Shown here: positions 1 through 12,593 of the stretch, one piece after another
How the letters are laid out: each line of letters opens with the position of its first letter
Numbering within the stretch: position 1 is the stretch's first letter
NCBI GenBank assembly: GCA_016748015.1
Contig: JAAOMT010000602.1
Location: 757,696 to 821,695, forward strand
Origin: Geosiphon pyriformis uo1
Lineage: Eukaryota > Fungi > Glomeromycota
Direction: 5' to 3'
DNA: 64,000 nucleotides
Program-made: the position numbers and the translations under genes
The notes under the pieces: model-generated
What the model saw: only the letters and a program-made list of their open reading frames with translations
The model's database searches: none
What the model was told of the DNA's origin: nothing

Positions 1-1346
1 TCCAGATTTTGTGAAATCTTATCTGGTTAAACTAGTATTTGTTGTACTCCTAATTGTAGAATGTTATTAGTAAATGATAATACTATTTGGTGATATGGTT
101 TCAGTCAATTACCATGTGCTGCTTTGGCTAAGATTTTGTTGTTTCATCTTAGTTTATAAGCTCTATTTCCAAAAATTTCTTCTATGTAAAATGGTCCATC
201 CCATTTGGGATCGAATTTTCTATTCCATTGTTTTTCTGCTTTGGTATGATGTAAAAGTACTTTGTCTCCAATCTTGAATTCAACTGGTTTATCTGGTAAT
301 TGGTTATCATGTCATTCTTTTTGCTTTTTTTGAGACTTTTGAATGTTATCAGCTGCTTTTTGTCATATGTTTTCTAGTGTTTCCATTAAGTCAAATGTTC
401 TTCTCAACAATGTTTCTTGAAAATTAGCTTCTGTTATTGGTTCTGTTAAATATGTGCTAACCTCTCTCTCAACTGATAATATTGCTGTCCTACCATATAT
501 CAATTCAAATGGTATTGCATATGTAGTATTTTGTCTTATTGTTCAATAAGCAAATAATACTGATGGTATAAACAAATCTTATTCATTTTGGTTTTCTTGA
601 CTGATTTTGGCAATTGCTTCACACAGTGTTCTATTAAACCTTTTGACTAGTCCATTTGTTTGTGGATGATATGGTAATAATAATGGTCTTTTTATCCCAA
701 ATCTCTGACTTAATTTTGTTAATATTCTATTCACAAAATGAGTTCCTTAATCTGATAGTAGTTTTTTTGGACATTCATATCGACATATTAAATCTTAATA
801 GATAAATTTGGCAATGGATTCTGCATCTGCTCTTTAAATGGCTTTTGCTTCTGGTTATTTAGTAAGATAATCCATGGCTACTGCAATATATTTGTTGCCT
901 TTACTGGTGATTGTTAATGGTCTGACTAAATCAATTCCAATGTGATCAAATAGTTGTCTTACTTTGATTGGTCTTAATGGTTTACTTGGTCTTGTTCCTC
1001 CTCTTTTTTGACAAGCATCACAATTTTGAACATATTAAATGATGTTTGGATATATTGATGGCCAATAATATCTTTTTCTGGTTCTTTCTATGGTCGCTTC
1101 TTTATAAAAATGTCCTGTTGTTGGATCTGAGTGCATGTTAAATAATATTGTCTCTTTTTCTGGTTCTGTGATTACTCTGATTGGTTGATCTGGATTTTTT
1201 CTGTTCTTCTGGTAGAGTATATTTTAATGATTGATAAAATATTTTGATTGTTGTTTTATGTTGTTTTGTTCCTTTTGAGATAATTTCTCCTTGAATGATT
1301 GAGTATTTATATAATGCTAAAGTTGTTGGTATTTTTGTGTGTTCAT
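1..1346 (-). pseudogene. Integrase of element A (separate ORF; runs off left edge)
   Basis: ATG at 1346 (MNTQKYQQL); HHCC region (MHSDP..GHF..C.AC), IGIDLV, YHPQTNGLV, KWDGPF motifs; many in-frame stops. Confidence 0.88.
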
Positions 1347-1376
1347 CTTTTGTTATATTTTTGGGTTGAAATGTTT

Positions 1377-4300
1377 TTAGATTTGTTTCATTCGTAACAA
1401 TCTATCAGCATTTCCATTGTCTTTTCCCTTTTTATAATGTACTGTATAATTAAATAGTGAAAGTTCTATTTTCCATCTGGCATGGTGATCATCTGCAAAT
1501 TCTTGTTTTTGGATTGAAGTTAATTCTTTGTGATCAGTGTATACTTCAAACTTTTGATTCAAGTATTCCTTCTATTTGATAACAGCCCAATAGATAGCTA
1601 AGTGTTCTAGTGCTGGAGTTCCATAGTTTTTCTCAGCTGGACTTAAGCTTCTACTGGTATAAGCTACTGAATGTTCTCTTCCATCTGATCCTTTTTGTGA
1701 TAATACTGCTTTCAATGCTTGACTTGATGCATTAGTGGTGATTATGAATGGTTTGTTGTAATCTGGATACATCAATACTGGAGCTTGGATAAGCTTTCTT
1801 CTTAATGTGTCAAATGTTTCTTGTTAAGCTTTGGTCCATTCATACTTTACATTCTTGGTTTGTAGATGGTAAAGTGGCTGAGCCAGTTTTGAAAAGTCTT
1901 TGATAAAACAGTGATAATAGCCTACGAAACCTAAAAATGTTCTTAGTTCTGTTAAGTTGGTTAGTACCAAAAAGTTTTTAATTACTTCAATCTTGTCTGG
2001 ATCCATTTTGATCCATCTTTGCTTACTACATGTCCCAAAAACTTGAGTTCAGTTTTTCCAAAGAAATATTTGGTTGCATTTAGTTTTAATCCTGCTCTTC
2101 TTAATCTTTTGAACACTTGTTGGAGATGATGCAAATGATCATTGAATGTTTTTGAGAACACATTGGTGTCATCTAAGTATACAACTACTGATTTTCATAG
2201 TAATCCAGTATAGACAATTTCCATAAGCTGTTGAAATGTTGCTGGAGCATTCATCAAGCCAAATGGCATAACTTCAAACTCAAAATTTCTTTCTCTTGTG
2301 GTGAATGCTGTTTTTTCTTTGTTGGCTGGATCCATGGCTACTTGCTAGTAACCACTATCTAAATCTAGTGTTGAGAACCATTTATTTCCTCCAAAAGTGT
2401 TGAATAGTTTTTAGATCTTTGGAGTTGAATAGCTATTATCTTTTGTTATTCTATTCAGTTTCCAGTAGTCTACACAAAAATGGATTTTCCTATTTTTTTT
2501 ATGGACCAGTACTACTGGTGATGACCATAGACTCATTGATGACTGAATTAACCCATTGTCAAGCATTCAGTTAATTTCTTGATGAATAATCTCATGGCTA
2601 GCTGGTGATACTCTGTATGTTCTTTGTTTAATTGGCATTGTATCTCCAGTCTTGATCTAATGCTGGATAATGTTGGTTCAGCCAAATTCATTTTTGCTAG
2701 CAAAGATGTCATTGAAATTGTTAAGTAACATTTTGAGTTGCATCTGTTAAAATAGATCTAGATTCTCCATGTTCATCTGTTCCAATTGTTCTGATTAGAA
2801 CAGATAACATTTACTTTTTCCATAGATGGTTTGTGATGTAATGTTCACATATCCGTAAAGCTGTAGAAAATCTGGAATGTAGTTTGGTAGTTGATCTTCA
2901 ACTTCGGTGGTTAAATATCCAATAATGATTTTCTTTGGTATTTCAATGACCTTTCCAGTTGCATTATAGATAGGGATTTTGATGTTTTTGGGGCTTTTGG
3001 CTGATATGTAAAGATTAGTGAGTCCAATCTCCTCTGATTCACAAATAGTGGCTTCTGCTTTAAACAATTGAGCTTGATTTCTTACTTCCCTTTTTATGAC
3101 TAACATATACTGGTCATATGGTGGAATGGAAATTGTTTGATAGGTTAAGATAATTTCTCTTTTGTCAATAATTTCTTTCTCTGTTATATTAATTGGTATA
3201 TTTATTCTACTCATGGATCCAAATCCCTGTATTTCTCTTGTTGTTATCCCTAATTCTTCCCTCTTTCTTACTGAAACTAACTGAGCTATCTTCACCAGAG
3301 GTAAGAATATTGTCTGTGCTATCTTTTCATTTGGTTCTATAATATAGGTCTTTTCTGAGTTATTTTGTAGCATGGCAATGATATTTTCTACATATTCTGC
3401 ATCAATTATTCCTCCTCTGATGTTGATTCCTTTTTTCACTAAACTACTTCTAGATACTAATTGGACCATATTTTTGCTAGAATTTTCAAAGCTATTTTGA
3501 GATCAATACATATGCATGAATTTGGTTCCAATTTGATGGCTTCTTTTCCCGAATATCTTAGATCAAATTCTGCATCAATATCATGTGTGTGTTCTGGCAT
3601 GATACCTTCATTATTATCACTATACCATTTGAGTTCCTGTTTCTTGAAGAGATCAGGAAATGCAATAAATGTTTTGGGGTTTGAATTAAAGTTTGAATCA
3701 TCATAATTTTCATTGCTATTTGAAGCAGAATCATTGTTTTCATCATCATCATTGTTGGAATTTGAATTGGGATTGAAAGTTGATTCCAATTCTGATGCAC
3801 AGTTGTTGATTGGTTTTTTCTCTTTTGGGATCATGTAAATCATGTGTGGTGGTGGATTGTAAATGAGGTCACACTCATTACAATACTGGAAGTCATATGG
3901 AATCAAACAGTGGTCACATAATTGGGTGTTTATTTCTTCCAAGCATTGTTTCTGCTCTTCTCTGGTGGGTGCTAATTGCTGGTAATGTTTGTGGAATTCT
4001 TTTGGATTGTCCTCGATGTTGCCAAAGACATTGAAAGTTTGAACGTATTTGGGTTCAGGAAGAGATAGAGAGTTGTTTTTTATTTCTAGTAGTTTACTGG
4101 TTGTCACACCTTCTGTTTTTACATATGCCATTCTCCAGAGTTTATGTTTGTCATGGGGATATCTTTTTAATTGTCACAATACTCTTTTCCAGGCATCATC
4201 AATAGAAGTTTTTTTGCATATCCAGTTGTTTATTAAGATAGTATACTAACATATCTTGTTACACATCCTTCCTCATCCAGAAATGTTATTCCACATTCCT

Positions 4301-7300
4301 TTGTCAGACAAGATAGTTCCACATGCAAGACATGGTTGGTTGTTCCACTTTCCTTGTTGTTTCAGTCATCCAAAGTGTTCTATAACACATGGGCAGTAGT
4401 AGAATCTAGTGACAGTAGAGTATTCTTCATTATTACTACAGCATGCATCCATTGACAACAATTTCCTGTCGCAATTGACACATACCAGTTTTGGTTAGCA
4501 ATAATTGGATGGTTGTGATGAAATATAAGAATATGAACTGTAAGTGCTGCTGGTAAGGGTAGTTTCTTTTTCCTTCTCCTTTCCCTTTTCTTTGTTAGTT
4601 TCTTTCCATTCTCAAGTTGTAGATTTGTCTTGATTATTATCTGTTTTCTAGGCTCAACTGGTATTCCAAGTAAGTTCTTTGTTTTCCTTCCCTTTTTCTT
4701 TGTCATTCCAAGAAAGTATTAGTGGTAGCTCATTGTGGTTTTTGTCAGCCCAAGAGACTTAGTACACTTTCCAGGTAGGTTTTTTTTTGTCTTTTTCAAA
4801 TTCGATAAGTGGGGCTGTTGAGTTGGTGGTCTTAAAATGGCCACACATGGCTGGTACACATGTGTGTTGACTGTTTTGGCTCAGTTGAAGCTCTTGTGTC
4901 ATCCAGTCTAGTATGGCATTGGTTTTAGATAACTAGTCATTCCCTACTAATGCCTAATATTGAGTTGCTTCTATCACTAGAACTTTGATGGAAATGATGA
5001 TGCCATTGACTTCAAAAAAGAAGTCATCAATCTTACCAATAGGAGTTTTGGTTGCTCCATTGGTGGTTATGATCTTGGTGCTGGCAGTGTGATTAACTTG
5101 ACAATCTAATTGGTCTATGAATTGCTTTGTAATGATGCTGCCAGCTGATTTACTGTCTAAGATCAGTTTGATGAAGTAGTCATCAACTTTGGCATCAATG
5201 TACATGGCAGTAATGAGTTTTTTTTCTAAAGCGGCTCCACTAAATAACAGTGTGGTCGATAGTTCTTTGAATTCAAATAGGAAGATGGCATCCAGTAATT
5301 TGTTCTCAGTAATAGTAGCTGGCAGAATGTTGCTAGTAAGTGTTAAGTATTGGTTGGTTTCTGGGTTATTGGGTTGAGCATCTTCTGGGTAACCAATAGA
5401 CTTAAATAGTTCTGGGAATTTGGGTGTTGGGTGTACCCAGTACTTGAATTCTGTTGTCAGGATTCTGCTGGTTGTGTGGAAGAACTGGGAATCAGTTGGT
5501 GGACTACCATTGACAATCTTCAGTTTTGTTGGGTCAATCTTAGCCTTTGAGTTTTATTTTGAGGTAAGTTCTGTGGTGGTGTTTAAATTTGTTGGGGCTG
5601 ATATATTAGCTGAGGCTGTGGCTGATAAATGGGTTGTGGCTGTAGCTGATAATTTGCTGGTATTATTAGTTGATAAATTGGCATTTGATATACTGGTGAT
5701 TGATAAGATGGCTGCTGTGTTATAGGTAAGTAATTTTAATGATATGGTTCTGAGTTTGGTGGGTTATTTGGAATTTGAAACTGGCAATCAGGGTTTTGAT
5801 ATTAATTTTCTGATCATTGGTTATTTAAGTGATGGCAGCAATCAATTTGTAGGTGTCCTTGTTTACCACAATAGTGGCAAACACGTGTTTCCTGTTGCCA
5901 CTGTTGATTGGTCAATGATGATGGATGCGATTAATTCTAGAAGTGATTTACATTTCTGGAATTATTGCATCATTGTGGTGGTTGATAAATTGCGTGATTG
6001 TCAGTTAAGTATCTCTCTAATTTCTGATTGATGGAATCACTAAATTGTTTCAATTTGGAATCCAATTCAGATGATTCATTCATTACTAAATTAATTGCTT
6101 GGGTGTGGTTGGCTTCTAATTCAATGGCTTCAAAATCTCTGGCATTTGTGATGGCTGCTTGCAGATTAACAGGATGCATTGGGCATATACATTGCAAAAT
6201 GCTGCTGTATAATCCACGAATAAACTGATTTAAGATCTGAGCCACTGTAAAATAATTGGCATCAATGGCTTGGATCTGATGCAGATTCTTGTGGAAGCAT
6301 TCTAAGTAAGTAGTAACTGCTTCATTTTCCCCTTGTTTGATGGTAGTGAAGGTGTTTGCTAGTCTGTTAATGCTGTTATTGTTGCTAAAGTATCTTAAGA
6401 ACTTAATTTTAAATGCATTAAAATCTTGGGATTTGTTGACTAGGCTTTAATACCATGAATTGGCAGTATTCTGAAAAAAATATAGGATGGCTTGGATGGC
6501 TTTGGCATCATTCCATCTATTAGCCACTATGGCTTTTTTTATGTCATTAAGTCATACTTGGGTATCGTCTTCTTTGCCAGTAAATTTCTCGAGTTTTGCT
6601 ATTGGAGCGTAGGCCATTGGATCCAAGTTTGGTTGTTAAAGTTGTTGTTATGACTGTGGAAGTGGCTGCTGTGATAGTTAAGGTGGTTAAAGTGACTGTT
6701 GTTGCTATTCGTCGATTGGTGGAGCTGGGGGTAGATTGATCACAATTACTGGAAGTAAGTGTTGTTAATTATTAATGTTAGAGTTTCGATTGTTCTGATT
6801 GTGCTGCATTTGCAAATTTAGAGTTTCAATTTCCGGGTTTTCTGTAATTGGGTTCTAATAAGTAAATTCTTGATCTTCAAATTTTTTTTCTTCTTTCTGT
6901 TCCTTTTCCAATTTTGTCAATTCTCAGGGACTCGCAGTTCCAAAATCTGGTTGTGGTGGCAGTAATCAGAATCCTAATGGCATTGGAAATTGCAATTTAA
7001 ATTCTTTAAAGTAATCGCCATATGGTTTTAATAACTCTGCTTTTCATTATTTATTTTGAAATGGGAAGTGTTCAAAGGTTGATGTTACATTTGATGTAGA
7101 CACGTCTGTTAATGAAATGTTGATGACACTTTTAGGCATATAATAGTATGATAGATTGGTGAGTAATTCGACTTGGGTTTTCTTCCAATTGGATGGTTGT
7201 ATTTGTTTTGGTGTTACTGCTGGGGTTTGCAATCTTCTTTTGCCTTTATCTACATAGGTGATGGGAAATTGTTGTTGTGTATACCTTTTAATAGTTTGAT

Positions 7301-7595
7301 TGATTTCTCTAATAATTGGTGTGAAACTGTAATTTCTTGGTAAGCTGATATGTTGAAATACTTCTGTATAGAAGTTTTTCCTTGTTGATTCAATGTTAAC
7401 TGTTCCTCCTAAGCAATCTGTGATTTTATCATTGACATAGAAGTTAAAGGCTGATTCTGTTGAGAAATGATTATTGTTCAATTCTAATTGTTGATTGTAC
7501 TGTTGAAATAAAAATTTGGCAAATCCTAATGGTTTGTCCCTATGATTTCTGATTCTGCTACTTTTAGATGATTGTTGATGGTGCTGGTTCTCTGC
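1377..7595 (-). pseudogene. gag-PR-Cys-rich-dUTPase-RT-RNase H polyprotein of element A
   Basis: ORF fragments: capsid-like AYAPIAKLEKF (~6620), protease LILDSKSAGS (4954-5205), dUTPase SRSSL/GGIIDAEY/GFGS (~3200-3600), RT YLDD (~2170), RNase H ending NADRLLRMKQI* at 1377. Confidence 0.9.
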
Positions 7596-7604
7596 AGGAT
7601 TATA

Positions 7605-7621
7605 CCTCACAGAGAGCACTA
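7605..7621 (-). promoter_or_regulatory. Primer-binding site of element A (degenerate)
   Basis: TAGTGCTCTCTGTGAGG, a transition-mutated version of the C-element PBS TGGTGCTCCCTGTGAGG, next to the LTR end. Confidence 0.75.
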
Positions 7622-7623
7622 AA

Positions 7624-7831
7624 TTTTACAAATAATTATTTGGAGTCTCAAATCAAATAACAAATCTGTAACTTGGTACTCAATATTTTAATAATGCTAG
7701 TGTTACTAATATGTTGATTGTATCTGAAGATTTTTAGAGTTGAGTCTTTTGTATAATGGACAGAGATTCAGTGTTAATGTAGTTGGTTGATAAGTTGTGT
7801 TCCCAATTTCTGTCTTCAGCTTGGTGGCCAG
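7624..7831 (-). repeat. 5' LTR of element A, U5-side part
   Basis: Aligns with 39270-39483; continues after element B at 17548. Confidence 0.85.
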
Positions 7832-8798
7832 TGTTACCAGACAAAATTAGAGATATTGTTTAGCATAAAATTACCCTTATAATTCTTATCATTAATTAGC
7901 ATTTCAAATTATTACTTATTATATTTAGCAAAATACCCAAAATTATCATTTAATTAATAACCCAATTTATACATAACACAAATGTAACCTAATTGCAATG
8001 ATCAATTATACAATACCCTGAACTATGTAATATTCAAAAGTTCGCCAAAATTTGTAGAAATTTGCCGAGATAATTGATAGTTCACCAAAATATTTAATAG
8101 TTCGCAAAAATAACTTGTAGTTTGCCAAAATGTATTTTTAATTCAGTGAAATTGTAGAAAAAAGCAAAGTTCAAGTTCATAAAATAGTGTTATGACAAGT
8201 TGTATAAAAGAAGAGCTTCTCTTTTCGAGAAAATGTATCTTACTTCAGATTTAACAATTAGAATTATTCTTTACACACAAAAACAAAATAAATATCAAAT
8301 AATTTGAAAAGCCAAATTCTTAATTATTTCTCTTGAAATTAACCAATTCCTACTAATGTTTTGAAATTGATTAGCTACCAATTTCATTAAAACTGTTAGT
8401 GACTCCAGGCCTGGATAGAAAACATTTCCCTTAATAAAATCTTATTTCTTTTACATTTCTTTTATTTTTTTTTTCTTTTCTTATTACAATCATTAGGATA
8501 GTCTACAGACAAGATTCCTGTAAAAGAGTTGACTTTTATAGCAAAGTAACTACACATTTTTAGTAAGCTTCTAGATGAGCAATTCCTGGGAAAGAGTTAA
8601 CGTTTACTACAACATAACTACACAAGTAACTGGTATGGAATTGGCCATTTCACTCATAAGCCCAGCAGTTCAAATTACAGAAGATAGTTTGAAGATAAAT
8701 TCAGTTATTAGAGATTCAAACACTTCCCATAGTTGTGAATTAACAGCATTACAACAAACATACAAGAGCTAAAAAGAGACCAAAAACCTCCGGTAACA
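7832..8798 (+). repeat. 5' LTR of element B (967 bp)
   Basis: Direct repeat of 16675-17543; terminal inverted repeat TGTTACC/GGTAACA; TATA-like TGTATAAAAG at ~8201. Confidence 0.96.
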
Positions 8799-8800
8799 TT

Positions 8801-8817
8801 TGGTGTTCTCCCACAGA
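8801..8817 (+). promoter_or_regulatory. Primer-binding site of element B
   Basis: TGGTGTTCTCCC... two nt after the LTR end; TGG is complementary to tRNA CCA; tRNA identity not determined. Confidence 0.75.
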
Positions 8818-11800
8818 AATAACACAGTAACAACAACTTCAAAAGTGGCAACTCAAACAGATTCAAGAACTCTAGAGTATTATCAGTCAATCTACACCCA
8901 CTGCAAGCAAAGATTTGACATCCCAGACGGAATTGAAACATTCAAGAAAACACTTTACCAGTACATTGAAAATTACATCAACAATTATCTTCTTGAAGAC
9001 TACAATATTTCAGAAGTTAGACACAACTTATATAAAAGCTTAGTATATTACTCTCATCTAAACACTCAGAATTTTAACAGTCAAACACTTGAAACATATT
9101 TCCAAGAACTCAACTTCAATATCATTCAGTATTGTGAAAAGAATTACCCAGTAAAACAGAATTTTCTCTTAATTTTGAATTGAAAACAGAAGAAGGAAAA
9201 GAAAAAAGGAAACAAAAACTCAGAACTATTCCCAATACACCTAAAACCACTGCCAAACACTTACAAACTTCAGAACCAGGAACCAGCTTTAAATTACCAC
9301 TCTCAATCACACCATTTCCAGCTTTATTTGCTCAATCACAAACACCAAGCTCACCACTTATTCAGTTTTCAAGAATAGAAGATTTTCAGTCACCCAAAAG
9401 CTCTATTCAACAACAAAAACCAATATTAACCAACACAAACCTTATTGACTACTTAGCAGAAAATCAAAGTGAAGAGACTGAATCAGAACAAGAAACAGAA
9501 GACTCAGAAAATGAAAAAGAAATAGTCTCCACATATATTGCAAAAATCCCTGAGTTCACAGGAGAAGACAGTGAAACCAGTCCTCAAGAATGGCTTGACA
9601 AAGTTTCAAAAGCAGGAGATGCAAATGGTTGGAATGCTGCCAGAATGTTAAAAGCAATTCCATACTTCTTACAAGGAACAGCCGGTGAATGGTTTGAAAA
9701 CTTGGAAGCCCTACCAGAAGACTGGGAAGCATTCAAAACTGCTTTTCTAGAACAGTTTACTGACAATAACACTTCCATCATCCTTCAAAATCAGTTCTGA
9801 AATATCAAGCAAGAACCAAGTAAATCAGTTATAACCTACCTTGGGAAATTCAACAAACTGCTTAGAAAGATTTGCCAATTGAAAACAAATGAATACTACT
9901 CCAATACACAAATCTTGGATCAATTCATTGCTGGACTAAAAGACAAACTTATCAAGAAAGTTCACCCACATGCACCAGAAGATTTAGCCACTGCTATTCA
10001 ACAGGCAAAAAACTATGAAATGGCCATGGAAGAAGCCAATCATACCAAACTTGTTAACCTGGCTATTGGAAAAACTAGCTCAGCAGCTGAAGAAAAGATT
10101 GACCAATTAACCAAAAAAGTTGAAAACTACTTCACCAACCAACAGCAACAACAGCAGCCACAGCAATCACAACAACTACAAAGATACCAACCTCCACAAT
10201 GACGCAATCAAAACAACTTTGGATCACCATCCAACAACCAAATCCAAAATTGCCATTACTGTGGAATCCCTGGCCACTGGAAAAAAGATTGCAGAAAGCT
10301 ACAATGAGACCAACAAAATAGGAGTAATCAACATTACCCTTCACCACAGCAATCTTATTATCAACCACCACCACCAGCTTACTATCCACCAAGACCCCAA
10401 TACCAAAATAACTATTATCAATCTGCCTCACAGCCAATTCAACAGCAATACCAACAACCACCTACACAACATTATCAAGTATCTGCTCAAAAATTGATTA
10501 CACAAAATCAATTCACACCACAAAACTAATACCAAGTAAACAACAATAGAATCAGTTTAAACAACCAATTGGTTCCCTAAAATTCCACTCAACCAAGACC
10601 CAACCACTATCACACTCAACCCAGTTATTTAACAATACCAGAAGAACAGAATTTTTACCATACTGCACTCTTGAAAGGTAGAGCTGCAGCACAACAACAA
10701 AATCCTTCTTATAACCACACCACTATTCCACCAGCCAGAATTGCTGAAAATGCCAATCTCTCTGATATCTTTTCTTTTGAGTTTGAAGCCAATGAATCAC
10801 CATTTCTACTCAGCAATGCTGCTGCAAATAAACAGAAAGCAATCACAGCTATGTATACTGAAGCTGAAGTTAAAGGAAAGACAATTCACTTAATCCTAGA
10901 CAGTGAATTTGCTGGAAGTATTATTACTTATTAGTTGATGCAACAGTTAAAAAAAAATGTTGACCGACCAGCTCAAACAGTAATTGTCACTGCCAATAGC
11001 ATGAAAAAAACTCCAATGGAAGAAATTGACAATTTTTTATTCACTCTTAATGGAATTACCATTCCAGTCAAAGTTCTTGTAATAGATGCTCCTTAGTATC
11101 AAGCCCTTGTCAAAAATGACTGGCTTCAAAAAGCCAATGCAAAATTAAACTGGGAAACCCAAGAACTACAAATCTCTTACCAAGAACAACATGCCCGAGT
11201 ACCTGCCATTTGTGGTACATTCAACAAATGCTCCAAAAAAGCCCCAGCTTTTGAATTCGAACCAGAAGAAGAAAAACCAATAATCAAAACATTTATGGCT
11301 CTTGGGTCAACATCCAATTGGGCCAATGAAACTGAACAAGAACATTTTACCCCACACTCTGAACCCAAAACTCCTGGATGTAATACCCCTTACTCAAAGA
11401 CTGAGCCAAGGAAACAATGCTCCTATATTCCTCTTAAATGTAAGGACTGCCACAAGAAACTATCATTAATGGGAGCTTGTATTTCACTTGAAGAAAAATA
11501 TGAAAGTCACATCTGCTACTATTGCAAGGCCTGCCATTGAGAACGATGGGACCACTTGATTAAAAGAAGTGGAAAATGGGATGGAACACTCTGTCTTACT
11601 TGTGGAAAGCAGCTTCCTGATAAATGTGACTGGATTGATGTTGCATTTAGAGAAGGAGTCTGTGATCAAACTTGTCAATATGCTCTTTCTATTGTGAAAA
11701 AGGTAAAACATGGAACACTTTTTAATGCTGCATACAACAATGCCCTTAGCAAACTCTATCACTACCCCCATAACACCAAAATGATCTATGAACTTGCCAT

Positions 11801-12199
11801 GGTTTTAATTAATAGAGGAACCAAAGAAGATGTTTTTCAAATAAAGAAAGCTGAATATATTGAATATACATTGGAATTAGCTGGATTCGATTATGAAGAT
11901 AAAGTAGAAGTATACCACCAAATCGCAAGTCACACCTACCTGACCCAAGAAGCTCAAATTCAACGATTAGAGCAAATAAACATTAAATTATGTGAGAAGT
12001 GTATAATGCCATGTGATGAACAATGGTGTCTTGAATGCTACACTCTTAGCATTCCATTGTCCAGTAAAAGTGATGAATATGAAATTGAATTTGGAGAACC
12101 TGAAGCAACAGAAGAAATTGAAACAACACCCATCTATCTCATTGAAAATCAGTCTGCTTTACAACTCAAATACTTCAACAACAATGGACAAGGAATAAA

Positions 12200-12593
12200 A
12201 CCAGAAAAAGCACATGAAATTGATGCTGAATATGATCTACGATATCCAGGAAAAGACACTTTGGTTCTTCAACCAAATTCCCTTACCAAAATTAACCTCA
12301 AAATTGCCCTTAAAATCCCACCAGGAGCAATGGTCCAAATCACTTTACAATTATCATTGGCAAACAAAAAAATCAATGTTAGAGAAGAAATTATAGATGC
12401 TGAATATACAGGAGACATTACAATCATGTTACAAAATGAAACCAATAAATCTTTTCAGATTGAACATGCTGAAAAAATTGCTCAAGCTATTTATTTACTC
12501 TTAATCAACATTTCAGGTTTACAATTAGTCAGTCAAAGAGAACAATTGGGAAAAAATGAAAGAGGAACCAATGGTTTTGGTTTAACTGGATGA
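12200..12593 (+). pseudogene. dUTPase domain in element B polyprotein
   Basis: Motifs DAEYDL (AGxDL), IIDAEYTGDI (GxIDxDYxG), KIAQAI, ERGTNGFG. Confidence 0.88.

Noticed and set aside
8575-8772. 65-69 aa LTR ORF (also 17308-17517) as a gene
   Set aside because: It is duplicated only because it lies in the LTR, its ATG is not shared by both copies, and it has no recognisable motif; it remains only a possible exon
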